From Podarcis vaucheri (lineage: Eukaryota): a stretch of DNA of 64,000 nt. Made by a program: the position numbers and the translations under genes. The notes under the pieces are model-generated. The model was not told the origin of the DNA and searched no databases. It was given only the letters and a program-made list of their open reading frames with translations. This document shows positions 60,801 through 64,000 of the stretch, piece by piece; the first letter of the stretch is position 1; each line of letters begins with the position of its first letter. The stretch is from assembly GCA_965113315.1 (NCBI GenBank), contig OZ220373.1; one strand, written 5' to 3'.

Positions 60801-63666
60801 CATAGGGAAAAAGGTAGCAAAGCAGGAAGATCTGAAAGAAATGGGTGATATTTCCTCAGGGATGAGCAGCTCTATCATGCAGCTCTATCTCAAACAGGTC
60901 CTTGAGGCATTCTTTCACACGCAGTCCAGCGTCCGTCATTTCGCACTCAATGTTATTGCACTGACATTAAACCAGGGTCTTATCCATCCAGTTCAGGTAT
61001 GCAATTGCATAATTTGGACTGCTATCCTATATACCCCTGCTTTGGAGTAAAATAAAAAATGTATTCACAAAAACCTTTTGCACATGTTAATCTGCAAATT
61101 AATTTACGATTTCAGTAATACATTAATGAGCTGTTTATTTGCAGACTGATAGACAATAACACAGGAACTGGTGGTTTTCTTTCATAGAATCTGTAACCTC
61201 TTAAGAGGTGCTCCAAAAAAGGTTCAAAGTTTCAAAAACGACCACCTGGTTAAACTGTTGTGCTATTATTTGAGTGACTTTTTCAGGTATTATTGATTCT
61301 ACTTTGCTGTTCTTAACTGAAATTAAGAAGTGAATTATACAGTTTTCACAGTGTAGCTCTGTGGTGTTCGCATAGCCTTTCCAGACCTCTTTTTATGGTG
61401 CTCTGCAGGCTATGGATATTTGTAGCATGTCAAACATGTACAACATAAAAGGAGGAAAATATAGACATCTGCAGGCATATGTGAAGATTTTACATTAAGT
61501 GTCTATCTGTCTTTCAGTGTGTGCCATACTTAATAGCTATGGGCACAGATCCAGAGCCTTCTATGAGGAACAAAGCAGACCAGCAGCTGGTGGAGATTGA
61601 CAAAAAATATGCTGGATTTATTCATGTATGTATGCTTCTGTTTGTTGTGCTTATTTTTGTTCCTTTCCAGTGAAGCCATTCAGTAATTACTTCCAAAATG
61701 GGGAACCAACCAACAAACCAGTCATTTATTATATGGTCACAGACCTGCTAATAAAATGGGGAACGGTGGTGGAATGTATTTACTGACTAGTACAATTTGA
61801 TCTGATATTAAATCCTGTTTTGGAAGTAATGACCAACTGTAGCTTACATTTATCAAGATCTGTGCACAGGGAAGAGATGATGCCTGATGCACAATCCTAG
61901 CTTGCTAAATTGTGGTTAACAAACTGGGAATGTAGATATGAACTCTGCCTCAATTCACATTATAACAAAAATGCTTGCATTGCAACTAGAACAGCTCTAG
62001 AAAACGCACATATATTTTGTCTTCCTTGGCCTAGAAAGGCTACAAATATTAAAAACACAAATAATTCCCCTAACTGCAGCATGTATATCAGTGTGTCAAA
62101 ATTGTGCATGTTTGCTATAAAAAAGCAAATGATTTGAAAATTCTTCACTAGAAAGCTATTGGGGAAACTGAAACAGATAACGTTGAGCTCAAATCTTTGT
62201 GGCAACCTCTTTCTGTTTGTCCTAAGCAAAATGAAGACTTATAAATGTTTTTAACTTCAGATGAAAGCAGTGGCTGGTATGAAGATGTCATACCAGGTGC
62301 AGCAAGCAATCAACACTTGCCGTAAAGATCCTGTGAGGGGTTTTAGGCATGATGAATCCAGCAGTGCTTTGTGCTCACACCTTTACTCCATGATCCGAGG
62401 AAACCGACAACACCGACGAGCCTTTCTCATTTCCTTACTCAACCTCTTTGATGACACAGCTGTGAGTCTAATGCAGACCTTTTCTGTACTCTTTTTAAAA
62501 AGTGCTTTTGATGAAGTATGATCTGCTTTGGAGAGAATATTTGGTTTTGAAAATAGTATAAAAGTTGCAGTATAATAACTACATAGAAATTAAGTAGTGA
62601 CATGTTGAACTTTGGCATTTTTTTTATTTCTTTCATTGTCTTGAGCAGCCGTCCCCAATCATGTGCCCTCCAGATGTTTTAGACTACAATTCCCATCATC
62701 CTTAACCATTGGTTATGCTAGCTGGGGCTGATGGGGGTTCAGATCATCTAGAGGGCACCAGGTTGGGGGAGGCTGGCCTGGAGAATTGCTAACAAAAATG
62801 AAGTTGCATTCCCCCTACACAGTGCTAAACTTGATTCAATAATATTTATAGGTTTTCCTAAATGCGGGATTCCATCCTTAGGGTTAACAAGGCAGTTGCT
62901 TGGTCAGATTTGAGTTTTCACTTCTTCTCCTTGACAGGAGTGAAACCCATCCCTCTCTCTTCCCAGAATGCTTTGTGGCTTTCCTGGTTCATCTTAGCTT
63001 CCTTCCAATGCCAAAAGAGCTCTATGTTTTTTTTTGGCACAGCCCCTGTATTTATAGTTGGAGTGGGTAGAGGCACCAGGAGACAGAATCCATTCCTTCT
63101 GTGATGTTTCAGTGGCTACAATTGCAAGAGCTTTTCATGCTCATAACTTGGAATAGGCATAATGGTTTGTATTCAAAGTAGTAGGAATCCACTACTTTGC
63201 CTTTGCACAACGGAATCTCCTCCAAGCCGTCTAAATGTGCCAGCTCTGTAGGGCTGAGATGTCTTCAGCCACCCCCCCCAAAAGAATCTATTGGGACAGG
63301 GCTGAGCCTACCAATCTTGAGGGGCCAGGTCTTGCAATGGTTGAGGGCCTTGCGGCACATGCGATGTCACACTTGGAAATCCCCCCTCCCCAGAAAAATG
63401 TTGGGTGGAACTCACTGGATACTGTATTCAAGGAGCAAGAATGTGGCATGGAGCTCATTGAGCACAGAAATGATTGTATATGTGTATCTGTCTGTTATTA
63501 TTTTCTTCTACTTTCACAGAAAACGGAGGTGAATCAGCTTTTGTACATAGCAGACAATCTAGCCTGTTTTCCTTACCAAACCCAGGAAGAGCCACTTTTT
63601 ATAATGCACCATATAGACATCACATTATCAGTTTCTGGTAGTAACCTTCTCCAGTCATTTAAGGAG
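108..63666 (+). CDS. NIPBL: NIPBL (Nipped-B-like protein, cohesin loader Scc2 ortholog), partial multi-exon CDS: 41 exons equivalent to human exons 3-43
   Basis: Exon peptides match NIPBL from the N-terminal LNQLPLPSPLPATTTKSLLFN through the PETPKQK repeats, PxVxL and HEAT region to LLQSFKE. All introns are GT-AG, phases are consistent, and the spliced length is 7232 nt (2 + 2410 codons). Confidence 0.99.
1694..1824 (+). CDS. NIPBL: NIPBL exon 4
   Basis: gccag|A GAA CTG...AGT G|gtgaga; ELKDNLGSDDPEGDIPVLLQAVLARNPNVFREKSMQNRYGVQS; 131 nt. Confidence 0.96.
2161..2216. repeat. Compound microsatellite (CTG)4(AAT)n
   Basis: Read directly from the sequence. Confidence 0.95.
2597..2666. repeat. 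Compound microsatellite (GT)n(GA)n
   Basis: Read directly from the sequence. Confidence 0.95.
2854..2953 (+). CDS. NIPBL: NIPBL exon 5
   Basis: ttttaag|GA ATG ATG ATG...TCC AG|gtaaat; MMMPQYKLSQNSMHGSPASSNYQQTTISHSPS; 100 nt. Confidence 0.95.
4340..4491 (+). CDS. NIPBL: NIPBL exon 6
   Basis: ttgcag|T CGA TTT...CAA G|gtattt; RFVPPQTSSGNRFMAPQNSPVPSPYAPQSPAGYLPYSHPPSYTPHPQIQQ; 152 nt. Confidence 0.96.
4894..5135. mobile_element. Tc1/mariner-type MITE, family A
   Basis: TA|CAGTGGTACCTCGAGTTA...TAACCTGAGGTACCACTG|TA; TIRs plus TA TSD. Confidence 0.88.
6404..6555 (+). CDS. NIPBL: NIPBL exon 7
   Basis: tttcag|CT TCA...AGT GAA|gtatgt; SVSSPIGMRNIHENKVTSQLSGNSANHHADNSRHGSSEDYLQMVHRISSE; 152 nt. 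Confidence 0.95.
6624..6688. repeat. Two (TG)n microsatellites
   Basis: Tracts at 6624-6652 and about 6671-6688. Confidence 0.9.
7442..7681. mobile_element. Tc1/mariner-type MITE, family A
   Basis: TA|CAGTGGTACCTTGGGTTA...TAACCAGAGGTACCACTG; same internal sequence as the 4894 copy. Confidence 0.87.
7829..7922 (+). CDS. NIPBL: NIPBL exon 8
   Basis: ccctag|GAG GGT...AAA G|gtaact; EGDSSVRNTASFSLRSPQSVCSPAGSDGTPK; 94 nt. Confidence 0.93.
8434..8950 (-). mobile_element. L2-clade LINE 3' fragment with (TTA)n tail, little decayed
   Basis: Minus-strand peptide RRDHITPVLKDLHWLPVRFRAQFKVLVLTFKALNGLGP typical of L2-type ORF2 C-terminus; (AAT)n at 8434-8463. Confidence 0.8.
8966..9088. mobile_element. 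Degenerate palindromic hAT-type MITE related to the 62646 element
   Basis: ACTACAGCTCCCATCAGC...GTTGATGGGAGTTTTAGT...GGGCACCAGGTTGGG. Confidence 0.6.
11019..11267 (-). mobile_element. Sauria SINE, internally deleted, inserted into an L2-like element
   Basis: AAAGGTAAAAGGTAAAGG is the reverse complement of the (ACCTTT)n tail; body matches the 54309 copy; 9-bp TSD GTTGGACTA at 11010-11018 and 11268-11276. Confidence 0.82.
12491..13100 (+). mobile_element. CR1 LINE 3' fragment
   Basis: KDFVELENIQKRATKMIKGIEQILYKERLQVLGLHSLQKTRLSGYMIEVYKI is typical of the CR1 ORF2 C-terminus; 3' UTR ends CAGCAGGCTCTTCTTATATTCTT. Confidence 0.85.
13821..13870. repeat. (GT)n microsatellite
   Basis: Read directly from the sequence. 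Confidence 0.95.
13909..14150. mobile_element. Tc1/mariner-type MITE, family A-related
   Basis: TA|TAGTGGTACCTTGTGTTACG...CGTAACACGAGGTACCACTG|TA. Confidence 0.85.
14570..14986 (+). mobile_element. Decayed non-LTR retrotransposon 3' end (possibly RTE-X-like) with AATAAA and (ATT)n tail; 5' boundary uncertain
   Basis: Frameshifted remnants YNTLP / CC..HIIVKC / LLEFL-TGGNHSALEKVVR, then CTGGTCTTTGGCCGTAATAAA(TTA)n. Confidence 0.4.
17969..18601 (+). CDS. NIPBL: NIPBL exon 9
   Basis: ttctag|GA TCA AGA CCA...GAC AAA G|gtaaaa; SRPPLILQSQ...DEVELDALAEIERIERESAIERERFSKEVQDK; 633 nt. Confidence 0.97.
23550..23699 (-). mobile_element. Short LINE/SINE 3' tail fragment with (TTA)n tail
   Basis: (AAT)n-TTTATTTATATCCCGCCC...CAGGGCGGCT, same architecture as the 8434 element; 7-bp TSD ACCATAA at 23543-23549 and 23700-23706. 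Confidence 0.65.
25456..25495. mobile_element. Left-end remnant of a family A MITE
   Basis: TA|CAGTGGTACCTCGGGTTACAGATGCTTCAGGTTACAGA followed directly by TG|TA. Confidence 0.7.
25803..27311 (+). CDS. NIPBL: NIPBL exon 10 (large disordered exon with PETPKQK repeats and HP1-binding PxVxL)
   Basis: ttgcag|AT AAG CCT TTG...AAC AAA G|gtaagt; corresponds to ORF 25811-27367; 1509 nt. Confidence 0.97.
26324..26455 (+). repeat. Coding 33-bp tandem repeat x4 (RP[E/D]TPKQKNE[G/V] undecapeptide) in NIPBL exon 10
   Basis: RPETPKQKNEV / RPDTPKQKNEG / RPETPKQKNEG / RPETPKHRHEN. Confidence 0.92.
27188..27202 (+). other. PxVxL HP1-binding motif (PVVVL) of NIPBL
   Basis: cca gtt gtt gtt ctg in frame within KGAKPVVVLQKL; a known NIPBL motif. 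Confidence 0.85.
28457..28504. repeat. (AT)n microsatellite
   Basis: Read directly from the sequence. Confidence 0.95.
30179..30361 (+). CDS. NIPBL: NIPBL exon 11
   Basis: tgatag|GT AGC ATA GAT...GAA A|gtaagt; SIDQSVLKELPPELLAEIESTMPLCERVKMNKRKRSTVNEKPKYAEISSD; 183 nt. Confidence 0.96.
30793..30928. mobile_element. Palindromic hAT-type MITE
   Basis: 8-bp TSD ACTTAGAC at 30785-30792 and 30929-30936; arms AGGCATAGGCAAACTC...GGACTACAACTCCCATCATCCC / GGGATGATGGGAGTTGTAGTCC...GAGTTTGCCTATGCCT. Confidence 0.87.
32465..32668 (+). CDS. NIPBL: NIPBL exon 12
   Basis: ttctag|CT TCT CGG AAA...GAG G|gtaatt; SRKRHKKDREDDKAWQYEE...YSPPPSLSE; 204 nt. Confidence 0.95.
33488..33559 (+). CDS. NIPBL: NIPBL exon 13 (basic, NLS-like)
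   Basis: tttaag|TG GCT AGA...GAA G|gtaagg; ARKMKKREKQKKRKAYEPKLTPE; 72 nt. Confidence 0.95.
33665..33754 (+). CDS. NIPBL: NIPBL exon 14
   Basis: tattag|AA ATG ATG...TTT G|gtaaat; MMDSSTFKRFSASVENILDNLEDMDYTAF; 90 nt. Confidence 0.95.
33781..33820. repeat. (AC)n(AT)n microsatellite at the PLE insertion site
   Basis: Read directly; the AT tract resumes at 35142-35149. Confidence 0.93.
33903..33940 (-). ncRNA. Minimal type-I hammerhead ribozyme-like motif in the PLE 3' end
   Basis: Minus strand GC-CUGAAGA-U-GACGAG-ugagac-CUCGUC-GAAAC-GUC-GC: both core boxes, perfect 6-bp stem II, palindromic ACGU minimal stem III, GUC cleavage triplet. Stem I is only 2 bp. Confidence 0.65.
34173..35141 (-). 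CDS. PLE polyprotein C-terminal part: RT thumb/linker, GIY-YIG endonuclease with Cys/His motif, and disordered tail (5'-truncated, no native start)
   Basis: ORF track 34173-35054 (293 aa) extends in frame to about 35141; GVY...YIG, CxxC and downstream His residues present. Confidence 0.8.
   Translation of the reverse strand, partial: AQSHHHPAQINSVAKTLISRTKRLADKDHLTTELQNLSNVLIANGYQKNRVTKLIQKETPPKNQDTEENNGMALLPYIKGTTDKISKILHKHNIKTAFCTNQKIANILRNPKDKIQLENQGVYEIPCKVCPATYIGQTNRRINARIAEHKNAVKKEEKTSSLFQHMKETGHEINFADSKLLFNMEHHHKRIIMEAIEIEKHPHNMNKRDDTSRLPDIWKLALPTKTDTRTRGTQNAVTNQPHQTQTQTLSTDILQTPSSSQTIVAPPDAAPPCNPYTDLTGTRHKTTARPYTRSQARAQLNAAQPSSQKNSSQAQEVKTRKL
36381..36484 (+). CDS. NIPBL: NIPBL exon 15
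   Basis: ctttag|GT GAT...GAC AGG|gtaagt; DDDEIPQEFLLGKHQLSELGSESAKIKAMGIMDR; 104 nt. Confidence 0.96.
37123..37209 (+). CDS. NIPBL: NIPBL exon 16
   Basis: ttttag|CTT...CAT|gtaagt; LSTEKTVKVLNILEKNIQDGSKLSTLLNH; 87 nt. Confidence 0.96.
38401..38586. mobile_element. hAT-type MITE
   Basis: Perfect 8-bp TSD GCCTAAAG; TIRs CAGGGGTGGTCAACCT / AGGTTGACAACCCCTC. Confidence 0.87.
39322..39553 (+). CDS. NIPBL: NIPBL exon 17
   Basis: ctgcag|AAT AAC...GGT G|gttagt; NNDTEDEERLWRDLIMERVTKSADAC...YRLDPHG; 232 nt. Confidence 0.96.
39636..39713 (-). mobile_element. L2-type 3' tail remnant with a CTC/CTT-rich tail
   Basis: TTTATACCCCGCC.ATATGGCTGGGTTTCCCCAACCACTCT matches 8464-8502. Confidence 0.6.
39970..40087. 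mobile_element. Internally deleted family A MITE
   Basis: CAGTTGTACCTCGGGTTAC...TAACCCGAGGTACCACTG|TA; 118 bp. Confidence 0.82.
40208..40375 (-). mobile_element. CR1 3'-UTR fragment
   Basis: Reverse complement resembles the 12950-13100 CR1 3' end (ATAAGAACATA...TCCAGCATCCTG...TGTGGTTTCCAGCAACTGGTATT). Confidence 0.7.
40661..40996. mobile_element. Tc1/mariner-type MITE, family B, with internal TTAGCGGC-type repeats
   Basis: TA|CAGTGGTGCCTCGCAAGACG...CGTCTTGCGGGGCACCACTA|TA; multiple internal CGTCTTGCGA motifs. Confidence 0.85.
41138..41351. mobile_element. Family A MITE in opposite orientation
   Basis: TA|CAGTGGTACCTCTGGTTAC...GTAACCCGAGGTACCACTG|TA; interior is the reverse complement of the other copies. 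Confidence 0.87.
41469..41620 (+). CDS. NIPBL: NIPBL exon 18
   Basis: tactag|GT GGT...CAG|gtaagt; GVLSSKAKRAKCSTHKQRVIVMLYNKICDIVSSLAELLEIQLLTDTTILQ; 152 nt. Confidence 0.96.
42054..42134 (+). CDS. NIPBL: NIPBL exon 19
   Basis: taatag|GTT...GCA|gtaagc; VSSMGITPFFVENVSELQLCAIKLVTA; 81 nt. Confidence 0.96.
42682..43100. mobile_element. Tc2/pogo-like non-autonomous DNA transposon
   Basis: TA|CCATATTTTCCCATGTATAA...CTTAGTCATGAAAAAATACGT|TA; imperfect TIRs of CCGTATTT type; GC-rich interior. Confidence 0.65.
43438..43538 (+). CDS. NIPBL: NIPBL exon 20
   Basis: tttcag|GTC...TTC AG|gtaata; VFSRYEKHRQLILEEIFTSLARLPTSKRSLRNF; 101 nt. Confidence 0.96.
43858..44065 (+). mobile_element. Old MIR/CORE-type SINE remnant
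   Basis: AATCCCCACTCCACCATGAAACTCCCTGGGTGACCT...CCTACATCACAG...GATAAAA resembles the squamate CORE-SINE body as recalled. Confidence 0.5.
44760..44898 (+). CDS. NIPBL: NIPBL exon 21
   Basis: caacag|A CTG AAC...AAG|gtgaaa; LNSSDTDGEPMYIQMVTALVLQLIQCVVHLPSGEKDSNSEEESNKK; 139 nt. Confidence 0.96.
45271..45779. mobile_element. Tc2/pogo-like MITE (outer element, interrupted)
   Basis: TA|GCGTATTTACCGAATCTAATGC...GCGTTAGTTTCAAGTAAATATTG; imperfect TIRs. Confidence 0.6.
45364..45694. mobile_element. Tc2/pogo-like MITE nested in the preceding element
   Basis: TA|CTGTATTAGCCTGAATTTAAACC...GGCTATATTCAGGCCAATATGG|TA. Confidence 0.72.
45914..45996 (+). CDS. NIPBL: NIPBL exon 22
   Basis: tttcag|GTG GAC...AAG AA|gtgagt; VDQDVLITNSYETAMRTAQNFLSIFLK; 83 nt. 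Confidence 0.96.
46996..47128 (+). CDS. NIPBL: NIPBL exon 23
   Basis: aaacag|A TGT...TTG|gtaaga; CGSKQGEEDYRPLFENFVQDLLSTVNKPEWPAAELLLSLLGRLL; 133 nt. Confidence 0.96.
47703..47846 (+). CDS. NIPBL: NIPBL exon 24
   Basis: tcttag|GTC...CAG|gtttga; VHQFSNKSTEMALRVASLDYLGTVAARLRKDAVTSKMDQGSIARILKQ; 144 nt. Confidence 0.96.
48415..48504 (+). CDS. NIPBL: NIPBL exon 25
   Basis: ttacag|GTC...GTG|gtatgt; VSGGDDEIQQLQKALLDYLEENTETDASLV; 90 nt. Confidence 0.96.
49267..49462. repeat. 59-bp inverted repeat with a 78-nt spacer in intron 25
   Basis: 49267-49325 versus the reverse complement of 49404-49462: 56/59 identical. Confidence 0.92.
49986..50200 (+). CDS. NIPBL: NIPBL exon 26
   Basis: caccag|TTT...TTA AG|gtgagt; FSRKFYIAQWFRDTTMETEKAMK...TAPSQFSTL; 215 nt. 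Confidence 0.96.
50317..50419 (+). CDS. NIPBL: NIPBL exon 27
   Basis: ttacag|G ATG...CAG|gtaaac; MNSDTVDYEDACLIVRYLASMRPFAQSFDIYLTQ; 103 nt. Confidence 0.96.
51985..52083 (+). CDS. NIPBL: NIPBL exon 28 (HEAT region)
   Basis: tattag|ATT...AGG|gtaaac; ILRVLGENAIAVRTKAMKCLSEVVAVDPSILAR; 99 nt. Confidence 0.96.
52185..52331 (+). CDS. NIPBL: NIPBL exon 29
   Basis: ttatag|CTT...CTG|gtatgg; LDMQRGVHGRLMDNSTSVREAAVELLGRFVLCRPQLAEQYYDMLIERIL; 147 nt. Confidence 0.96.
52674..52808 (+). CDS. NIPBL: NIPBL exon 30
   Basis: cttcag|GAT...AAG|gtacag; DTGISVRKRVIKILRDICIEQPTFPKITEMCVKMIRRVNDEEGIK; 135 nt. Confidence 0.96.
53311..53409 (+). CDS. NIPBL: NIPBL exon 31
   Basis: ttccag|AAA...GTG|gtatga; KLVNETFQKLWFTPTPHNDKEAMTRKILNITDV; 99 nt. 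Confidence 0.96.
53766..54006. mobile_element. Tc1/mariner-type MITE, family A
   Basis: TA|CAGTGGTACCTCGAGTTAC...GTAACTAGAGGTACCACTG|TA. Confidence 0.88.
54309..54675 (+). mobile_element. Sauria SINE, near full length
   Basis: 5' GGGTGACGCTGTGGTCTAAACCACTGAGCCTCTTGGG, internal GTGCAAGTAGATAAATAGGTACC, 3' CCTTTACCTTT tail. Confidence 0.82.
54750..54803 (+). CDS. NIPBL: NIPBL exon 32
   Basis: tcttag|GTT...AAT|gtaagt; VAACRDTGYDWFEQLLQN; 54 nt. Confidence 0.95.
55206..55314 (+). CDS. NIPBL: NIPBL exon 33
   Basis: ttgtag|TTG...GCA G|gtaaaa; LLKSEEDASYKPVKKACTQLVDNLVEHILKYEESLA; 109 nt. Confidence 0.96.
55450..55710 (+). mobile_element. Old L2-type LINE 3' end
   Basis: PTLLAFRRNLRTFLSTR peptide followed by a T-rich UTR and GGGGAAGAGTGGCAGATAAATTCAATAAA. 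Confidence 0.55.
56419..56555 (+). CDS. NIPBL: NIPBL exon 34
   Basis: tttcag|AT TCC...AGT|gtaagt; SDNKGVNSSCLVACITTLFLFSKIRPQLMVKHAMTMQPYLTTKCS; 137 nt. Confidence 0.96.
57445..57585 (+). CDS. NIPBL: NIPBL exon 35
   Basis: ctgtag|AGT...ACA|gtaagg; SQNDFMVICNVAKILELVVPLMEHPSETFLATIEEDLMKLIIKYGMT; 141 nt. Confidence 0.96.
57902..57995 (+). CDS. NIPBL: NIPBL exon 36
   Basis: ttctag|GTA...TAT G|gtaagt; VVQHCVSCLGAVVNKVTQNYKFVWACFNRYY; 94 nt. Confidence 0.96.
58095..58249 (+). CDS. NIPBL: NIPBL exon 37
   Basis: ttgcag|GT GCA...AAG|gtaaac; ALSKLKSQHQEDPNSTILTANKPALLRSLFTVGALCRHFDFDQEDFKGNSK; 155 nt. Confidence 0.96.
58418..58508 (+). CDS. NIPBL: NIPBL exon 38
   Basis: aaatag|GTT...CTA G|gtaaga; VNIKDKVLELLMYFTKHSDEEVQTKAIIGL; 91 nt. 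Confidence 0.96.
59323..59496 (+). CDS. NIPBL: NIPBL exon 39
   Basis: tttcag|GG TTT...GAA T|gtgagt; FAFIQHPGLMFEQEVKTLYNSILSDK...RMQQADRE; 174 nt. Confidence 0.96.
60806..60996 (+). CDS. NIPBL: NIPBL exon 40
   Basis: tcatag|GG AAA...CAG|gtatgc; KKVAKQEDLKEMGDISSGMSSSIMQLYLKQVLEAFFH...GLIHPVQ; 191 nt. Confidence 0.96.
61518..61625 (+). CDS. NIPBL: NIPBL exon 41
   Basis: tttcag|TGT...CAT|gtatgt; CVPYLIAMGTDPEPSMRNKADQQLVEIDKKYAGFIH; 108 nt. Confidence 0.96.
62261..62461 (+). CDS. NIPBL: NIPBL exon 42
   Basis: cttcag|ATG...GCT|gtgagt; MKAVAGMKMSYQVQQAINTC...LLNLFDDTA; 201 nt. Confidence 0.96.
62646..62775. mobile_element. Degenerate palindromic hAT-type MITE related to the 30793 element
   Basis: Shares GCCCTCCAGATGTTTT.GACTACAA.TCCCATCATCC core; ends CAGCC...GGCTG. 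Confidence 0.7.
63520..63666 (+). CDS. NIPBL: NIPBL exon 43
   Basis: tcacag|AAA...GAG|gtaagt; KTEVNQLLYIADNLACFPYQTQEEPLFIMHHIDITLSVSGSNLLQSFKE; 147 nt. Confidence 0.96.
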
Positions 63667-63820
63667 GTAAGTGGAATTATATTATACAACATTGCCTCCC
63701 TCCTCCACAAAAATAGCTGTTTACTTGGCCGTTTTCCTATGTCGTAAGGCTGAAATTTCAATTCAGTGGAGCAGGGTCAAGATATTAACTAATATGCATG
63801 AAATTTCAGATATAGCTATA

Positions 63821-64000
63821 CAGTGGTGCGCCGCAAGACGAATGCCTCGCAAGACGAAAGAGTTTTCCGTTTTTTGAGTCATTCCGCAAGACGAATTTCC
63901 CTATGGGCTTGCTTCGCAAGACGAAATGTCTTGCGAGTTCTTGCGAGTTTGTTTCCTTTTTCTTAAAGCCGCTAAGCCTCTAAGCCGTTAATAGCCGCTA
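63821..64000. mobile_element. Family B MITE in opposite orientation, cut by the window end
   Basis: TA|CAGTGGTGCGCCGCAAGACGAATGCCTCGCAAGACG... matches the reverse complement of the right end of the 40661 copy. Confidence 0.83.

Noticed and set aside
274-63519. Non-canonical (GC-AG or U12-type) introns in NIPBL
   Set aside because: All 40 complete introns begin GT and end AG, and none has the U12 GTATCC donor.

Overview
Eukaryotic, vertebrate DNA. Sauria-type SINEs and the repeat landscape point to a squamate reptile, probably a lacertid lizard. The whole window lies inside NIPBL (Nipped-B-like/Scc2, the cohesin loader) on the + strand. I traced 41 consecutive coding exons, equivalent to human exons 3-43 (numbering recalled from the human gene), from 108 to 63666. 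All introns are GT-AG with consistent phases, giving 7232 spliced nt (about 2410 codons). The start and stop exons lie outside the window. The introns carry Tc1/mariner-type MITEs (TA TSD), Tc2/pogo-like MITEs (one nested in another), hAT MITEs (8-bp TSD), Sauria SINEs, CR1, L2-like and other LINE remnants, and microsatellites. I see no CRISPR array, rRNA, intact tRNA or prokaryotic system. The most notable non-genic items are: (i) a young, 5'-truncated antisense Penelope-like element in intron 14 with an intact GIY-YIG ORF, a minimal hammerhead-ribozyme motif in its 3' end and a disordered C-terminal tail carrying a 'PYTRSQ' motif; (ii) a 59-bp near-perfect inverted duplication in intron 25; (iii) nested transposon stacks. 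Comparisons to human NIPBL and to repeat families are from memory, not from database searches.
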